From Eledone cirrhosa (Eukaryota), in assembly GCA_964016885.1 (NCBI GenBank), contig OZ024748.1, positions 40,982,001 to 41,046,000 on the forward strand: a DNA stretch of 64,000 nucleotides, written 5' to 3'. The notes beneath the pieces were generated by a model. The model searched no databases. It was not told the DNA's origin and was given only the letters and a program-made list of their open reading frames with translations. A program made the position numbers and the translations under genes. Below, in pieces: positions 36,601 to 53,000 of the stretch. Position 1 is the first letter of the stretch. Each line of letters opens with the position of its first letter.

Positions 36601-39600
36601 ATACCACCACTGACAGGACTATTGGTGTAATAAGTAACCATACCACCACTGACAGGACTATTGGTGTAATAACAGTCACCATACCACCATACCACCACTG
36701 ACAGGACTATTGGTGTAATAAGTCAACATACCACCGTACCACCACTGACAGGACTATTGGTGTAATAACAGTCACCATACCACCACTGACAGGACTATTG
36801 GTGTAATAACAGTCACCATACCACCACTGACAGGACTATTGGTGTAATAACAGCCACCGTACCACCACTGACAGGACTATTGGTGAAATAACAGCCACCA
36901 TACCACCACTGACAGGACTATTGGTGTAATAACAGTCACCATACCACCACTGACAGGACTATTGGTGAAATAAGTCACCATACCACCACTGACAGGACTA
37001 TTGGTGTAATAACAGTCACCATACCACCACTGACAGGACTATTGGTGTAATAACAGTCACCATACCACCACTGACGACTATTGGTGTAATAAGTCACCAT
37101 ACCACCACTGACAGGACTATTGGTGTAATAACAGCCACCGTACCACCACTGACAGGACTATTGGTGAAATAACAGCCACCATACCACCACTGACAGGACT
37201 ATTGCTGTAATAAGTCACCATACCACCACTGACAGGACTATTGGTGTAATAACAGCCACCATACCACCACTGACAGGACTATTGGTGTAATAACAGCCAC
37301 CATACCACCACTGACAGGACTATTGGTGTAATAAGTCACGATACCACCATACCACCACTGACAGGACTATTGGTGTAATAACAGTCACCATACCACCGTA
37401 CCACCACTGACAGGACTATTGGTGTAATAAGTCACCATACCACCATACCACCACTGACAGGACTATTGGTGTAATAAGTCACCATACCACCATACCACCA
37501 CTGACAGGACTATTGGTGTAATAACAGTCACCATACCACCACTGACAGGACTATTGGTGTAATAAGTCACCATACCACCGTACCACCACTGACAGGACTA
37601 TTGGTGAAATAACAGCCACCATACCACCACTGACAGGACTATTGGTGTAATAAGTCACCATACCACCATACCACCACTGACAGGACTATTGGTGTAATAA
37701 CAGTCACCATACCACCGTACCACCACTGACAGGACTATTGGTGTAATAACAGCCACCATACCACCACTGACAGGACTATTGGTGTAATAACAGTCACCAT
37801 ACCACCACTGACAGGACTATTGGTGTAATAACAGTCACCATAGCACCATACCACCACTGACAGGACTATTGGTGTAATAACAGTCACCATACCACCACTG
37901 ACAGGACTATTGGTGTAATAACAGTCACCATACCACCACTGACAGGACTATTGGTGTAATAACAGTCACCATACCACCACTGACAGGACTATTGGTGAAA
38001 TAACAGCCACCATACCACCACTGACAGGACTATTGGTGTAATAACAGTCACCATACCACCACTGACAGGACTATTGGTGTAATAACAGTCACCATACCAC
38101 CACTGACAGGACTATTGGTGTAATAACAGTCACCATACCACCACTGACAGGACTATTGGTGTAATAAGTCACCATACCACCGTACCACCACTGACAGGAC
38201 TATTGGTGAAATAACAGCCACCATACCACCACTGACAGGACTATTGGTGTAATAACAGTCACCATACCACCATACCACCACTGACAGGACTATTGGTGAA
38301 ATAACAGCCACCATACCACCACTGACAGGACTATTGGTGTAATAACAGTCACCATACCACCACTGACAGGACTATTGGTGTAATAAGTCACCATACCACC
38401 GTACCACCACTGACAGGACTATTGGTGAAATAACAGCCACCATACCACCACTGACAGGACTATTGGTGTAATAAGTCACCATACCACCATACCACCACTG
38501 ACAGGACTATTGGTGTAATAAGTCACCATACCACCGTACCACCACTGACAGGACTATTGGTGTAATAAGTCACCATACCACCGTACCACCACTGACAGGA
38601 CTATTGGTGTAATAACAGTCACCATACCACCACTGACAGGACTATTGGTGTAATAACAGTCACCATACCACCACTGACAGGACTATTGGTGAAATAACAG
38701 TCACCATACCACCATACCACCACTGACAGGACTATTGGTGTAATAACAGTCACCATACCACCACTGACAGGACTATTGGTGTAATAACAGTCACCATACC
38801 ACCACTGACAGGACTATTGGTGTAATAAGTCACCATACCACCATACCACCACTGAGAAGGACTATTGGTGTAATAACAGTCACCATACCATCACTGACAG
38901 GACTATTGGTGTAATAACAGCCACCATACCACCACTGACAGGACTATTGGTGAAATAACAGTCACCATACCACCACTGACAGGACTATTGGTGTAATAAC
39001 AGTCACCATACCATCACTGACAGGACTATTGGTGTAATAACAGTCACCATACCATCACTGACAGGACTATTGGTGTAATAACAGTCACCATACCATCACT
39101 GACAGGACTATTGGTGTAATAACAGTCACCATACCACCACTGACAGGACTATTGGTGTAATAACAGTCACGATACCACCATACCACCACTGACAGGACTA
39201 TTGGTGTAATAACAGTCACCATACCATCACTGACAGGACTATTGGTGTAATAACAGTCACCATACCATCACTGACAGGACTATTGGTGTAATAACAGTCA
39301 CGATACCACCATACCACCACTGACAGGACTATTGGTGTAATAACAGTCACCATACCATCACTGACAGGACTATTGGTGTAATAACAGTCACCATACCACC
39401 ACTGACAGGACTATTGGTGTAATAACAGTCACGATACCACCATACCACCACTGACAGGACTATTGGTGTAATAACAGTCACCATACCATCACTGACAGGA
39501 CTATTGGTGTAATAACAGTCACCATACCATCACTGACAGGACTATTGGTGTAATAACAGTCACGATACCACCATACCACCACTGACAGGACTATTGGTGT

Positions 39601-42600
39601 AATAACAGTCACCATACCATCACTGACAGGACTATTGGTGTAATAACAGTCACCATACCACCACTGACAGGACTATTGGTGTAATAACAGTCACCATACC
39701 ACCACTGACAGGACTATTGGTGTAATAACAGTCACGATACCACCATACCACCACTGACAGGACTATTGGTGTAATAACAGTCACCATACCACCACTGACA
39801 GGACTATTCGTGTAATAAGTCACCATACCACCATACCACCACTGACAGGACTATTGGTGTAATAACAGTCACCATACCACCACTGACAGGACTATTGGTG
39901 TAATAAGTCACCATACGACCATACCACCACTGACAGGACTATTGGTGTAATAACAGTCACCATACCACCACTGACAGGACTATTGGTGTAATAAGTCACC
40001 ATACCACCACTGACAGGACTATTGGTGTAATAACAGTCACCATACCACCACTGACAGGACTATTGGTGTAATAACAGCCACCATACCACCACTGACAGGA
40101 CTATTGGTGAAATAACAGTCACCATACCACCACTGACAGGACTATTGGTGTAATAACAGTCACCATACCACCACTGACAGGACTATTGGTGTAATAAGTC
40201 ACCATACCACCATACCACCACTGACAGGACTATTGGTGTAATAACAGTCACCATACCACCACTGACAGGACTATTGGTGTAATAACAGCCACCATACCAC
40301 CACTGACAGGACTATTGGTGAAATAACAGTCACCATACCACCACTGACAGGACTATTGGTGTAATAACAGTCACCATACCATCACTGACAGGACTATTGG
40401 TGTAATAACAGTCACCATACCATCACTGACAGGACTATTGGTGTAATAACAGTCACAATACCACCATACCACCACTGACAGGACTATTGGTGTAATAACA
40501 GTCACCATACCATCACTGACAGGACTATTGGTGTAATAACAGTCACCATACCACCACTGACAGGACTATTGGTGTAATAACAGTCACGATACCACCATAC
40601 CACCACTGACAGGACTATTGGTGTAATAACAGTCACCATAGCACCATACCACCACTGACAGGACTATTGGTGTAATAACAGTCACCATACCACCACTGAC
40701 AGGACTATTGGTGTAATAACAGTCACCATACCACCACTGACAGGACTATTGGTGTAATAACAGTCACCATACCACCACTGACAGGACTATTGGTGAAATA
40801 ACAGCCACCATACCACCACTGACAGGACTATTGGTGTAATAACAGTCACCATACCACCACTGACAGGACTATTGGTGTAATAAGTCACCATACCACCGTA
40901 CCACCACTGACAGGACTATTGGTGAAATAACAGCCACCATACCACCACTGACAGGACTATTGGTGTAATAACAGTCACCATACCACCATACCACCACTGA
41001 CAGGACTATTGGTGAAATAACAGCCACCATACCACCACTGACAGGACTATTGGTGTAATAACAGTCACCATACCACCACTGACAGGACTATTGGTGTAAT
41101 AAGTCACCATACCACCGTACCACCACTGACAGGACTATTGGTGAAATAACAGCCACCATACCACCACTGACAGGACTATTGGTGTAATAAGTCACCATAC
41201 CACCATACCACCACTGACAGGACTATTGGTGTAATAAGTCACCATACCACCGTACCACCACTGACAGGACTATTGGTGTAATAAGTCACCATACCACCGT
41301 ACCACCACTGACAGGACTATTGGTGTAATAACAGTCACCATACCACCACTGACAGGACTATTGGTGTAATAACAGTCACCATACCACCACTGACAGGACT
41401 ATTGGTGAAATAACAGTCACCATACCACCATACCACCACTGACAGGACTATTGGTGTAATAACAGTCACCATACCACCACTGACAGGACTATTGGTGTAA
41501 TAACAGTCACCATACCACCACTGACAGGACTATTGGTGTAATAAGTCACCATACCACCATACCACCACTGAGAAGGACTATTGGTGTAATAACAGTCACC
41601 ATACCACCACTGACAGGACTATTGGTGTAATAACAGCCACCATACCACCACTGACAGGACTATTGGTGAAATAACAGTCACCATACCACCACTGACAGGA
41701 CTATTGGTGTAATAACAGTCACCATACCATCACTGACAGGACTATTGGTGTAATAACAGTCACCATACCATCACTGACAGGACTATTGGTGTAATAACAG
41801 TCACCATACCATCACTGACAGGACTATTGGTGTAATAACAGTCACCATACCACCACTGACAGGACTATTGGTGTAATAACAGTCACGATACCACCATACC
41901 ACCACTGACAGGACTATTGGTGTAATAACAGTCACCATACCATCACTGACAGGACTATTGGTGTAATAACAGTCACCATACCATCACTGACAGGACTATT
42001 GGTGTAATAACAGTCACGATACCACCATACCACCACTGACAGGACTATTGGTGTAATAACAGTCACCATACCATCACTGACAGGACTATTGGTGTAATAA
42101 CAGTCACCATACCACCACTGACAGGACTATTGGTGTAATAACAGTCACGATACCACCATACCACCACTGACAGGACTATTGGTGTAATAACAGTCACCAT
42201 ACCATCACTGACAGGACTATTGGTGTAATAACAGTCACCATACCATCACTGACAGGACTATTGGTGTAATAACAGTCACGATACCACCATACCACCACTG
42301 ACAGGACTATTGGTGTAATAACAGTCACCATACCATCACTGACAGGACTATTGGTGTAATAACAGTCACCATACCACCACTGACAGGACTATTGGTGTAA
42401 TAACAGTCACCATACCACCACTGACAGGACTATTGGTGTAATAACAGTCACGATACCACCATACCACCACTGACAGGACTATTGGTGTAATAACAGTCAC
42501 CATACCACCACTGACAGGACTATTCGTGTAATAAGTCACCATACCACCATACCACCACTGACAGGACTATTGGTGTAATAACAGTCACCATACCACCACT

Positions 42601-45600
42601 GACAGGACTATTGGTGTAATAAGTCACCATACCACCATACCACCACTGACAGGACTATTGGTGTAATAACAGTCACCATACCACCACTGACAGGACTATT
42701 GGTGTAATAAGTCACCATACCACCACTGACAGGACTATTGGTGTAATAACAGTCACCATACCACCACTGACAGGACTATTGGTGTAATAACAGCCACCAT
42801 ACCACCACTGACAGGACTATTGGTGAAATAACAGTCACCATACCACCACTGACAGGACTATTGGTGTAATAACAGTCACCATACCACCACTGACAGGACT
42901 ATTGGTGTAATAAGTCACCATACCACCATACCACCACTGACAGGACTATTGGTGTAATAACAGTCACCATACCACCACTGACAGGACTATTGGTGTAATA
43001 ACAGCCACCATACCACCACTGACAGGACTATTGGTGAAATAACAGTCACCATACCACCACTGACAGGACTATTGGTGTAATAACAGTCACCATACCATCA
43101 CTGACAGGACTATTGGTGTAATAACAGTCACCATACCATCACTGACAGGACTATTGGTGTAATAACAGTCACAATACCACCATACCACCACTGACAGGAC
43201 TATTGGTGTAATAACAGTCACCATACCATCACTGACAGGACTATTGGTGTAATAACAGTCACCATACCACCACTGACAGGACTATTGGTGTAATAACAGT
43301 CACGATACCACCATACCACCACTGACAGGACTATTGGTGTAATAACAGTCACCATACCATCACTGACAGGACTATTGGTGTAATAACAGTCACCATACCA
43401 TCACTGACAGGACTATTGGTGTAATAACAGTAACGATACCACCATACCACCACTGACAGGACTATTGGTGTAATAACAGTCACCATACCATCACTGACAG
43501 GACTATTCGTGTAATAACAGTCACCATACCACCACTGACAGGACTATTGGTGTAATAACAGTCACGATACCACCATACCACCACTGACAGGACTATTGGT
43601 GTAATAACAGTCACCATACCATCACTGACAGGACTATTGGTGTAATAACAGTCACCATACCATCACTGACAGGACTATTGGTGTAATAACAGTCACGATA
43701 CCACCATACCACCACTGACAGGACTATTGGTGTAATAACAGTCACCATACCACCACTGACAGGACTATTGGTGTAATAACAGTCACCATACCACCACTGA
43801 CAGGACTATTGGTGTAATAACAGTCACGATACCACCATACCACCACTGACAGGACTATTGGTGTAATAACAGTCACCATACCACCACTGACAGGACTATT
43901 CGTGTAATAAGTCACCATACCACCATACCACCACTGACAGGACTATTGGTGTAATAACAGTCACCATACCACCACTGACAGGAATATTGGTGTAATAAGT
44001 CACCATACCACCATACCACCACTGACAGGACTATTGGTGTAATAACAGTCACCATACCACCACTGACAGGACTATTGGTGTAATAAGTCACCATACCACC
44101 ACTGACAGGACTATTGGTGTAATAACAGTCACCATACCACCACTGACAGGACTATTGGTGTAATAACAGCCACCATACCACCACTGACAGGACTATTGGT
44201 GAAATAACAGTCACCATACCACCACTGACAGGACTATTGGTGTAATAACAGTCACCATACCATCACTGACAGGACTATTGGTGTAATAACAGTCACCATA
44301 CCATCACTGACAGGACTATTGGTGTAATAACAGTCACGATACCACCATACCACCACTGACAGGACTATTGGTGTAATAACAGTCACCATACCATCACTGA
44401 CAGGACTATTGGTGTAATAACAGTCACCATACCACCACTGACAGGACTATTGGTGTAATAAGTCACCATACCACCACTGACAGGACTATTGGTGTAATAA
44501 GTCACCATACCACCACTGACAGGACTATTGGTGTAATAACAGTCACCATACCATCACTGACAGGACTATTGGTGTAATAACAGTCACGATACCACCATAC
44601 CACCACTGACAGGACTATTGGTGTAATAACAGTCACTATACCACCACTGACAGGACTATTGGTGTAATAACAGTCACCATACCATCACTGACAGGACTAT
44701 TGGTGAAATAACAGTCACGATACCACCATACCACCACTGACAGGACTATTGGTGTAATAACAGTCACCATACCATCACTGACAGGACTATTGGTGTAATA
44801 ACAGTCACCATACCACCACTGACAGGACTATTGGTGTAATAACAGTCACGATACCACCATACCACCACTGACAGGACTATTGGTGTAATAACAGTCACCA
44901 TACCATCACTGACAGGACTATTGGTGTAATAACAGTCACCATACCATCACTGACAGGACTATTGGTGTAATAACAGTCACGATACCACCATACCACCACT
45001 GACAGGACTATTGGTGTAATAACAGTCACCATACCATCACTGACAGGACTATTGGTGTAATAACAGTCACCATACCACCACTGACAGGACTATTGGTGTA
45101 ATAACAGTCACGATACCACCATACCACCACTGACAGGACTATTGGTGTAATAACAGTCACCATACCATCACTGACAGGACTATTGGTGTAATAACAGTCA
45201 CCATACCATCACTGACAGGACTATTGGTGTAATAACAGTCACGATACCACCATACCACCACTGACAGGACTATTGGTGTAATAACAGTCACCATACCATC
45301 ACTGACAGGACTATTGGTGTAATAACAGTCACCATACCACCACTGACAGGACTATTGGTGTAATAACAGTCACTATACCACCACTGACAGGACTATTGGT
45401 GTAATAACAGTCACGATACCACCATACCACCACTGACAGGACTATTGGTGTAATAACAGTCACCATACCACCACTGACAGGACTATTGGTGTAATAAGTC
45501 ACCATACCACCATACCACCACTGACAGGACTATTGGTGTAATAACAGTCACCATACCACCACTGACAGGACTATTGGTGTAATAAGTCACCATACCACCA

Positions 45601-47080
45601 TACCACCACTGACAGGACTATTGGTGTAATAACAGTCACCATACCACCACTGACAGGACTATTGGTGTAATAAGTCACCATACCACCACTGACAGGACTA
45701 TTGGTGTAATAACAGTCACCATACCACCACTGACAGGACTATTGGTGTAATAACAGCCACCATACCACCACTGACAGGACTATTGGTGAAATAACAGTCA
45801 CCATACCACCACTGACAGGACTATTGGTGTAATAACAGTCACCATACCATCACTGACAGGACTATTGGTGTAATAACAGTCACCATACCATCACTGACAG
45901 GACTATTGGTGTAATAACAGTCACGATACCACCATACCACCACTGACAGGACTATTGGTGTAATAACAGTCACCATACCACCACTGACAGGACTATTGGT
46001 GTAATAAGTCACCATACCACCATACCACCACTGACAGGACTATTGGTGTAATAACAGTCACCATACCACCACTGACAGGACTATTGGTGTAATAAGTCAC
46101 CATACCACCATACCACCACTGACAGGACTATTGGTGTAATAACAGTCACCATACCACCACTGACAGGACTATTGGTGTAATAAGTCACCATACCACCACT
46201 GACAGGACTATTGGTGTAATAACAGTCACCATACCACCACTGACAGGACTATTGGTGTAATAACAGCCACCATACCACCACTGACAGGACTATTGGTGAA
46301 ATAACAGTCACCATACCACCACTGACAGGACTATTGGTGTAATAACAGTCACCATACCATCACTGACAGGACTATTGGTGTAATAACAGTCACCATACCA
46401 TCACTGACAGGACTATTGGTGTAATAACAGTCACGATACCACCATACCACCACTGACAGGACTATTGGTGTAATAACAGTCACCACACCATCACTGACAG
46501 GACTATTGGTGTAATAACAGTCACCATACCACCACTGACAGGACTATTGGTGTAATAAGTCACCATACCACCACTGACAGGACTATTGGTGTAATAAGTC
46601 ACCATACCACCACTGACAGGACTATTGGTGTAATAACAGTCACCATACCATCACTGACAGGACTATTGGTGTAATAACAGTCACGATACCACCATACCAC
46701 CACTGACAGGACTATTGGTGTAATAACAGTCACCATACCACCACTGACAGGACTATTGGTGTAATAACAGTCACCATACCATCACTGACAGGACTATTGG
46801 TGAAATAACAGTCACGATACCACCATACCACCACTGACAGGACTATTGGTGTAATAACAGTCACCATACCACCACTGACAGGACTATTGGTGTAATAACA
46901 GTCACGATACCACCATACCACCACTGACAGGACTATTGGTGTAATAACAGTCACCATACCATCACTGACAGGACTATTGGTGTAATAACAGTCACCATAC
47001 CACCACTGACAGGACTATTGGTGTAATAAGTCACCATACCACCATACCACCACTGACAGGACTATTGGTGTAATAACAGT
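33645..47080. repeat. 13.4-kb satellite, 41-bp unit (ccataccaccactgacaggactattggtgtaataacagtca) with 39/47/49-bp variants
   Basis: About 300 highly homogeneous copies. Confidence 0.98.
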
Positions 47081-49660
47081 GATGTATGGTTTGTGATGTA
47101 TGGTGTCTGATGTAGGAGTGTGATGTATGGTGTGTGATTTATGGTGTGTGATGTATGATGTAGGTTTGTGATGTAGGTGTATGATGTATGGTTGTGATGT
47201 ATGGTGTGTGATGTATGGTGTGTGATGTATGGTGCGTGATGTATGTGGGTGATGTATGGTTGGTGATTGAGGGGTGTGATGTAGACCTGTGATGTATGGT
47301 GTGTGATGAAGGTGTTTGATGTATGGTTTGTGATGTATGGTTTGTGATGTATGGTGTGTGATGTAGGTGTGTGATGTAAGTATGTGATGTATGGTGTGTG
47401 ATGTAGGTGTGTGTTGTATGGTGTGTGATGTCAGTGTGTGATGTATGGTGTGTGATGTATGGTATGTGATGTAGGTGTTTGATGTATGGTGTGTGATGTA
47501 GGTGTGTGATGTATGGTGTATTATGTATCGTGTGTGATGTAGGCTGAGTTATGTAGGTGTGTGATGTATGCTGTAGGTGTGTGATGTAGGTGTGTGATGT
47601 ACAGTGTGTGATGTAGGTGTCTGATGTAGGTGTTTGATGTATGGTGTGTGATGTACGTGTGTGATGTGTGATGTAGGTGTGTGATGTAGATGTGTGATGT
47701 TGGTGAGTGATGTATGTGTGTGATGTATGGTGTATGATGTGTGATTATGGTGTGTGATGTATGGTGTGTGATGTATCTGGTATGATGTATGGTGCGTGAT
47801 GTAGGTGTGTGATGTATGGTATGTGATGTATGGTGTGTGATGTATGTGGCATGATGTATATGGTATGATGTATGTGGTATGATGTATGGTGTGTGATGTA
47901 TGGTGTGTGATGTATGGTGTTTGATGTATGGTCTGTGATGTATGGTGTTTGATGTAGGTATGTGATGTAGGTGTGTGATGTATGGAGTGTGATGTATGGT
48001 GTGTGATGTATGGTGTGTAATGTAGATGTGTGATGTATGGTGTATGATATATGGTGAGTTATATAGGTGTGTGATGTATGCTGTGTGATGTATGGTGTGT
48101 GATGTATGATGTAGGTGTGTGATGTATGGTGTGTGGTGTAGGTGAGTGATGTACGGTGTGTGATGTAGGTGTGTGATGTATGGTGTGTGATGTAGGTATG
48201 GATATAGGTGTGTGATGTATGGTGTGTGATGTATGGTGTATAATGTAGGTGTGTGATGTATGGTGTGTGATGTAGATGTGCGATGTATGGTGTGTGATGT
48301 ATGGTGTGTGATGTAGGTGTGTGATGTACGGTGTATGATGTATCGTGTGTGATATATTGTGAGTTATGTAGGTGTGTGATGTATGCTGTGTGATGTATGG
48401 TGTGTGATGTACGATGTAGGTGTGTGATGTAGGTGTGTGATGTATGATGTGTTATTTAGGTGAGTGATGTATGGTGTGAGATGTAGGTGTGTGATGTATG
48501 GTGTGTGATGTAGGTGTACGATATATGATATGTGATGTATGGTGTGTGATGTAGGTGTGTGATGTACGGTGTATGATGTATCGTGTGTGATGTATGGTGA
48601 GTTATGTAGGTGTGTGATGTATGATGTAAGTGTGTGATGTAGGTGTGTGATGTATGTGGTATGATATATGGTGTTTCATGAAGGTGTGTAATGTAGGTGC
48701 ATGATGTATGGTGTTTAATGTATGGTGTGTGAAGTAGCTGTGTGATGTATGGTGTGTGATGTATGGTGTGTTTATCTATGGTGTGTGATGTAGGTGTGTG
48801 ATGTATGGTGTGTGATGTAGGTGTGTGATGTATATGGTATGATGTATGTGGTATGATGTATGATGTATGGTGTGTGGTGTATGGTCTGTGATGTATGGTG
48901 TGTGATGTGTGGTGTGTGATGTAGGTGCATGATGTATGGTGTGTGATGTAGGTGTGTGATGTAAATGTGTGATGTAGGTGTGTGATCTAGGTGTGTGATG
49001 TATGGTGTATGATGTATGGTGTGTGATGTAGGTGTGTGATGTAGGTGTGTGATGTATGGTGTGTGATGTATGGTGTGTGATGTATGGTGTATGATGTATG
49101 GTGTGTGATGTAGGTGTGTGATGTAGGTGTGTGATGTATGGTGTGTGATGTATGTGTGTGACGTATGGTGTATGATGTAGGTGTGTGATGTATGGTCTGT
49201 GATGTATGGTGTGTGATGTAGGTGTGTGATGTAGGTGTGTGATGTAGGTGTGTGATGTATGGTGTGTGATGTATAGGGTGAGATGTGTGGTATGTGATGT
49301 AGGTGTGTGATGTATGGTGCGTGATGTATGGTGTGTGATGTAGGTATGTGATGTATGGTGTGTGATGTAAGGTGTATGATGTAGGTGTGTGATGTATGGT
49401 GTGTGATGTATGGTGTATGATGTAAGGTGTATGATGTAAGGTGTATGATGTAAGGTGTGTGATGTAGGTGTGTGATGTAGGTGTGTGATGTATGGTGTGT
49501 GATGTATGGTGTATGATGTAAGGTGTGTGATGTAGGTGTGTGATGTAGGTGTGTGATGTATGGTGTGTGATGTATGGTGTATGATGTAAGGTGTGTGATG
49601 TAGGTGTGTGATGTATGGTGCGTGATATATGGTGGGTGATGTATGTGGTATGATGTATGT
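47081..49660. repeat. 13/14-bp minisatellite (tgatgta(t)ggtgtg)n, ~2.6 kb
   Basis: Direct inspection. Confidence 0.97.
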
Positions 49661-49674
49661 GCTAGATTATATAT

Positions 49675-49990
49675 TACTGCAGTGTCAGTTAGTAGAGGGC
49701 GGGGGGATCAAGGCTATTGCAATTTTAGTGGAGGGCGGCGCGATCAAGGCTATTGTAGTGTCAGTGGAGGGTGGGGGGTCAAGGCTATTGCAGTGTCAGT
49801 GAAGGGCGGAAGGTCAAGGCTATTGCAGTGTCAGTAGATGGCTATTTCAGTGTTAGTGGAGGGCGAAAGGTCAAGGCTATTGCAGGTTCAGTGTAGGGCG
49901 GAAGGTCAAGGTTATTGCAGTGTCAGTGGAGGGTGGAAGGTCAAGGCTATTGCAGTGTTAGTCGAGGGTGGAAGGTCAAGGCTATTTCAG
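49675..49990. repeat. 35-bp tandem repeat (gtcaaggctattgcagtgtcagtggagggcggaag), ~9 copies
   Basis: Direct inspection. Confidence 0.92.
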
Positions 49991-50000
49991 GGTAACTTAC

Positions 50001-50036
50001 CCTCATAAGCTTTTTCATTGTTGATTTTGTTTTTCT
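50001..50036 (-). CDS. Candidate 36-nt micro-exon of an unidentified minus-strand gene
   Basis: Unique island between satellites; acceptor ttttattattccag, donor AGG|GTAAGT; open in two frames (RKTKSTMKKLMR or KNKINNEKAYE). Confidence 0.45.
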
Positions 50037-50094
50037 CTGGAATAATAAAATTTAACATCAATACAATTTAAATTCTGGAGTTTGTGTGTGTCTT

Positions 50095-53000
50095 CTTCAG
50101 CCTCAGTGAAAGAGGTACTGTCCTACTACAGCCACAGTGAGAGAGGTACTGTCCTACTTCAGCCACAATGAAAGAGGTATTATCCTACTTCAGCCACAGT
50201 GAAAGAGGTACTGTCCTACTTCAGTCACAGTGAAAGAAGTACTATCCTACTTCAGTCACAGTGAAAGAGGTACTATTCTACTTCAGCCACAGTGAAAGGG
50301 GTACTGTCCTTCTACAGCTACAATGAAAGGGGTACTGTCTTACTACAGCCAGAGTGAAAGAGGTACTGTCCTACTACAGCCACAGTGAAAGAGTTACTGT
50401 CCTACTTCAGCCACAGTGAAAGAGGTACTGTCCTCCCTAGGGAGTGTCTACTTGAGCTACAGTGAAAGGGGTACTGTCCTACTTCAGTCACTGTGAAAGA
50501 GGTACTGTCCTACTTCAGCCACAGAGAAAGGGGTACTCTCCTACTACAGCTACAGTGAAAGTGGTAATGTCCTACTACAGCCACAGTGAAAGAGGTACTA
50601 TCCTACTTCAGCCACAGTGAAAGAGGTACTGTCCTACTTCAGCCACAGAGAAAGGGGTACTCTCCTACTACAGCCACAGTGAAAGTGGTACTGTCCTACT
50701 TCAACCACAATGAAAGAGGTACTGTCCTACTTCAGTCACAGTGAAAGAGGTACTGTACTACTTCAGCCATAGTGAAAGAGGGACTGTCTACTTCAGTCAC
50801 AGTGAAAGGGATACTGTCCTACTACAGCCACAGTGAAAGAGGTACTGTCCTACTTCCACCACAGTGAAAGAGGTACTGTCCTACTACAGTCACAGTGAAA
50901 GAGGTACTATCCTACTTCAGCCAGAGTGAAAGAGGGACTGTCTACTTCAGTCACAGTGAAAGAAGTACTGTCCTACTTCAGCCACTGTGAAAGGCGTACT
51001 GTCCCACTTCAGCCACAGTAAACGAGGTACTGTCCTACTTCAGCCACAGTAAAAGAGGTACTGCGCTACTACAGCCACAGTGAAAGAGGTACTGTCCTAC
51101 TTCAGCCACAGTGGAAAAGGTACTGTCCTACTACAGCCACCGTGAAAGAGGTACTGTCCTACTACAGCCTCAGTCAAAGAGGTACTGTTCTACTTCAGCC
51201 ACAGTGAAAGGGGTACTGTCCTACTTCAGCCAGTGAAAGGGGTACTGTCCTACTACAGCCACAATGAAAGGGGTACAGTCCTACTACAATCACAGTGAAA
51301 GAGGTACTGTCCGATGGCAGCCACAATGAAAGGGGTACTGTCTTACTTCAGCCACAGTGAAAGAGGTACTGTCCTACTTGAGCTACAGTGAAAGGGGTAC
51401 TGTCCTACTACAGCCACAGTGAAAGAGGTACTGTCCTACTTCAGCCACAGTGAAAATGGTACTGTCCTACTTCAGCCACAGTGAAAGGGGTAGTATACTA
51501 CTACAGCCACAGTGAAAGGGGTACTATTCTACTTCAGTCACAGTAAAAGAGGTACTGTCCTACTTCAGCCACAGTGAAAGAGGTACTATCCTACTTCAAC
51601 CACAGTAAAAGGTACTGTCCTACTTCAGCCACAGTGAAAGAGGTACTATCCTACTTCAGTCACTGTGAAAGAGGTACTGTCCTACTTCAGCCACAGAGAA
51701 AGGGGTACTCTCCTACTACAGCCACAGTGAAAGTGGTACTGTCCTACTTCAGCCACAGAGAAAGAGGTACTGTCCTACTTAAGCCACAGTGAAAGAGGTA
51801 CTGTCCTACTTCAGTCACAGTGAAAGAGGTACTGTCCTACTTTAGTCACAGTGAAAGAGGTACTATTCTACTTCAGCCATAGTGAAAGGGGTACTGTCCT
51901 ACTACAGCCACAGTGAAAGGAGTACTGTCCTACTACAGCCACAGTGAAAGAGGTACTATCCTACTTCAGCCAGAGTGAAAGAGGAACTGTCTACTTCAGT
52001 CACAGTGAAAGAAGTACTGTCCTACTTCATCCACTGTGAAAGGGGTACTGTCCCACTTCAGCCACAGTAAACGAGGTACTGTCCTACTTCAGCCACAGTA
52101 AAAGAGGTACTGCCCTACTACAGCCACAGTGAAAGAGGTACTGTCCTACTTCAGTCACAGTGAAAGGGGTACTGTCCTATTACAGCCACCGTGAAAGAGG
52201 TCCTGTCCTACTACAGCCTCAGTGAAAGGTGTACTGTCCTATCTAGGGAGTGTCTACTTCAGCCACAGTGAAAGGGGTACTATCCTACTTCAGCCACAGT
52301 GAAAGAGGTACTGTCCTACTTCAGCCACAGCGAAAGAGGGACTGTCCTACTTCAATCACAGTGAAAGAGGTACTATCCTACTTCGGCCATAGTGAAAGGG
52401 GTACTGTCCTACTTCAGCCACAGTGAAAGAGATACTGTCCTACTTCAGCCACACTGAAAGAGGTACTGTCCTATTTCAGCCACAGTGAAAGGGGTACTGT
52501 CCTACTACAGCCAGAGTGAAAGGGGTACTGTCCTACTACAGCCAGAGTGAAAGGGGTACTGTCCTACTACAACCACAGTGACAGAGTTACTGTCCTACTT
52601 CAGCCACAGTGAAAGAGGTACTGTCCTATCTAGGGAGTGTCTACTTCAGCCACAATGAAAGAGGTACTGTTCTACTACAGCCACAGTGAAAGAGGTAATG
52701 TCTTAACTAGGGAGTGTCTATTTCAGCCACAGTGAAAGTGGTCCTGTCTCATTTCAGCCACAGTGAAAGTGGTCCTGTCTCACTTCAGCCACAGTAAACG
52801 AGGTACTGTCCTACTTCAGCCACAGTGAAAGAGGTACTGTCCTATCTAGGGAGTGTCTACTTTAGCCACAATTGAAAGGGGTACTGTCCTACTTCAGCCA
52901 CAGTGAAAGAGGTACTGTCCTACTTCAGCCCCCGTGAAAGAGGTACTGTCCTACTTCAGCCACAGTGAAAGAAGTACTGTCCTACTTCAGCCACAGTGAA

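Noticed and set aside
47081-49660. Telomeric repeat tract
   Set aside because: G/T-rich but not TTAGGG; heterogeneous 13/14-mers internal to the sequence.
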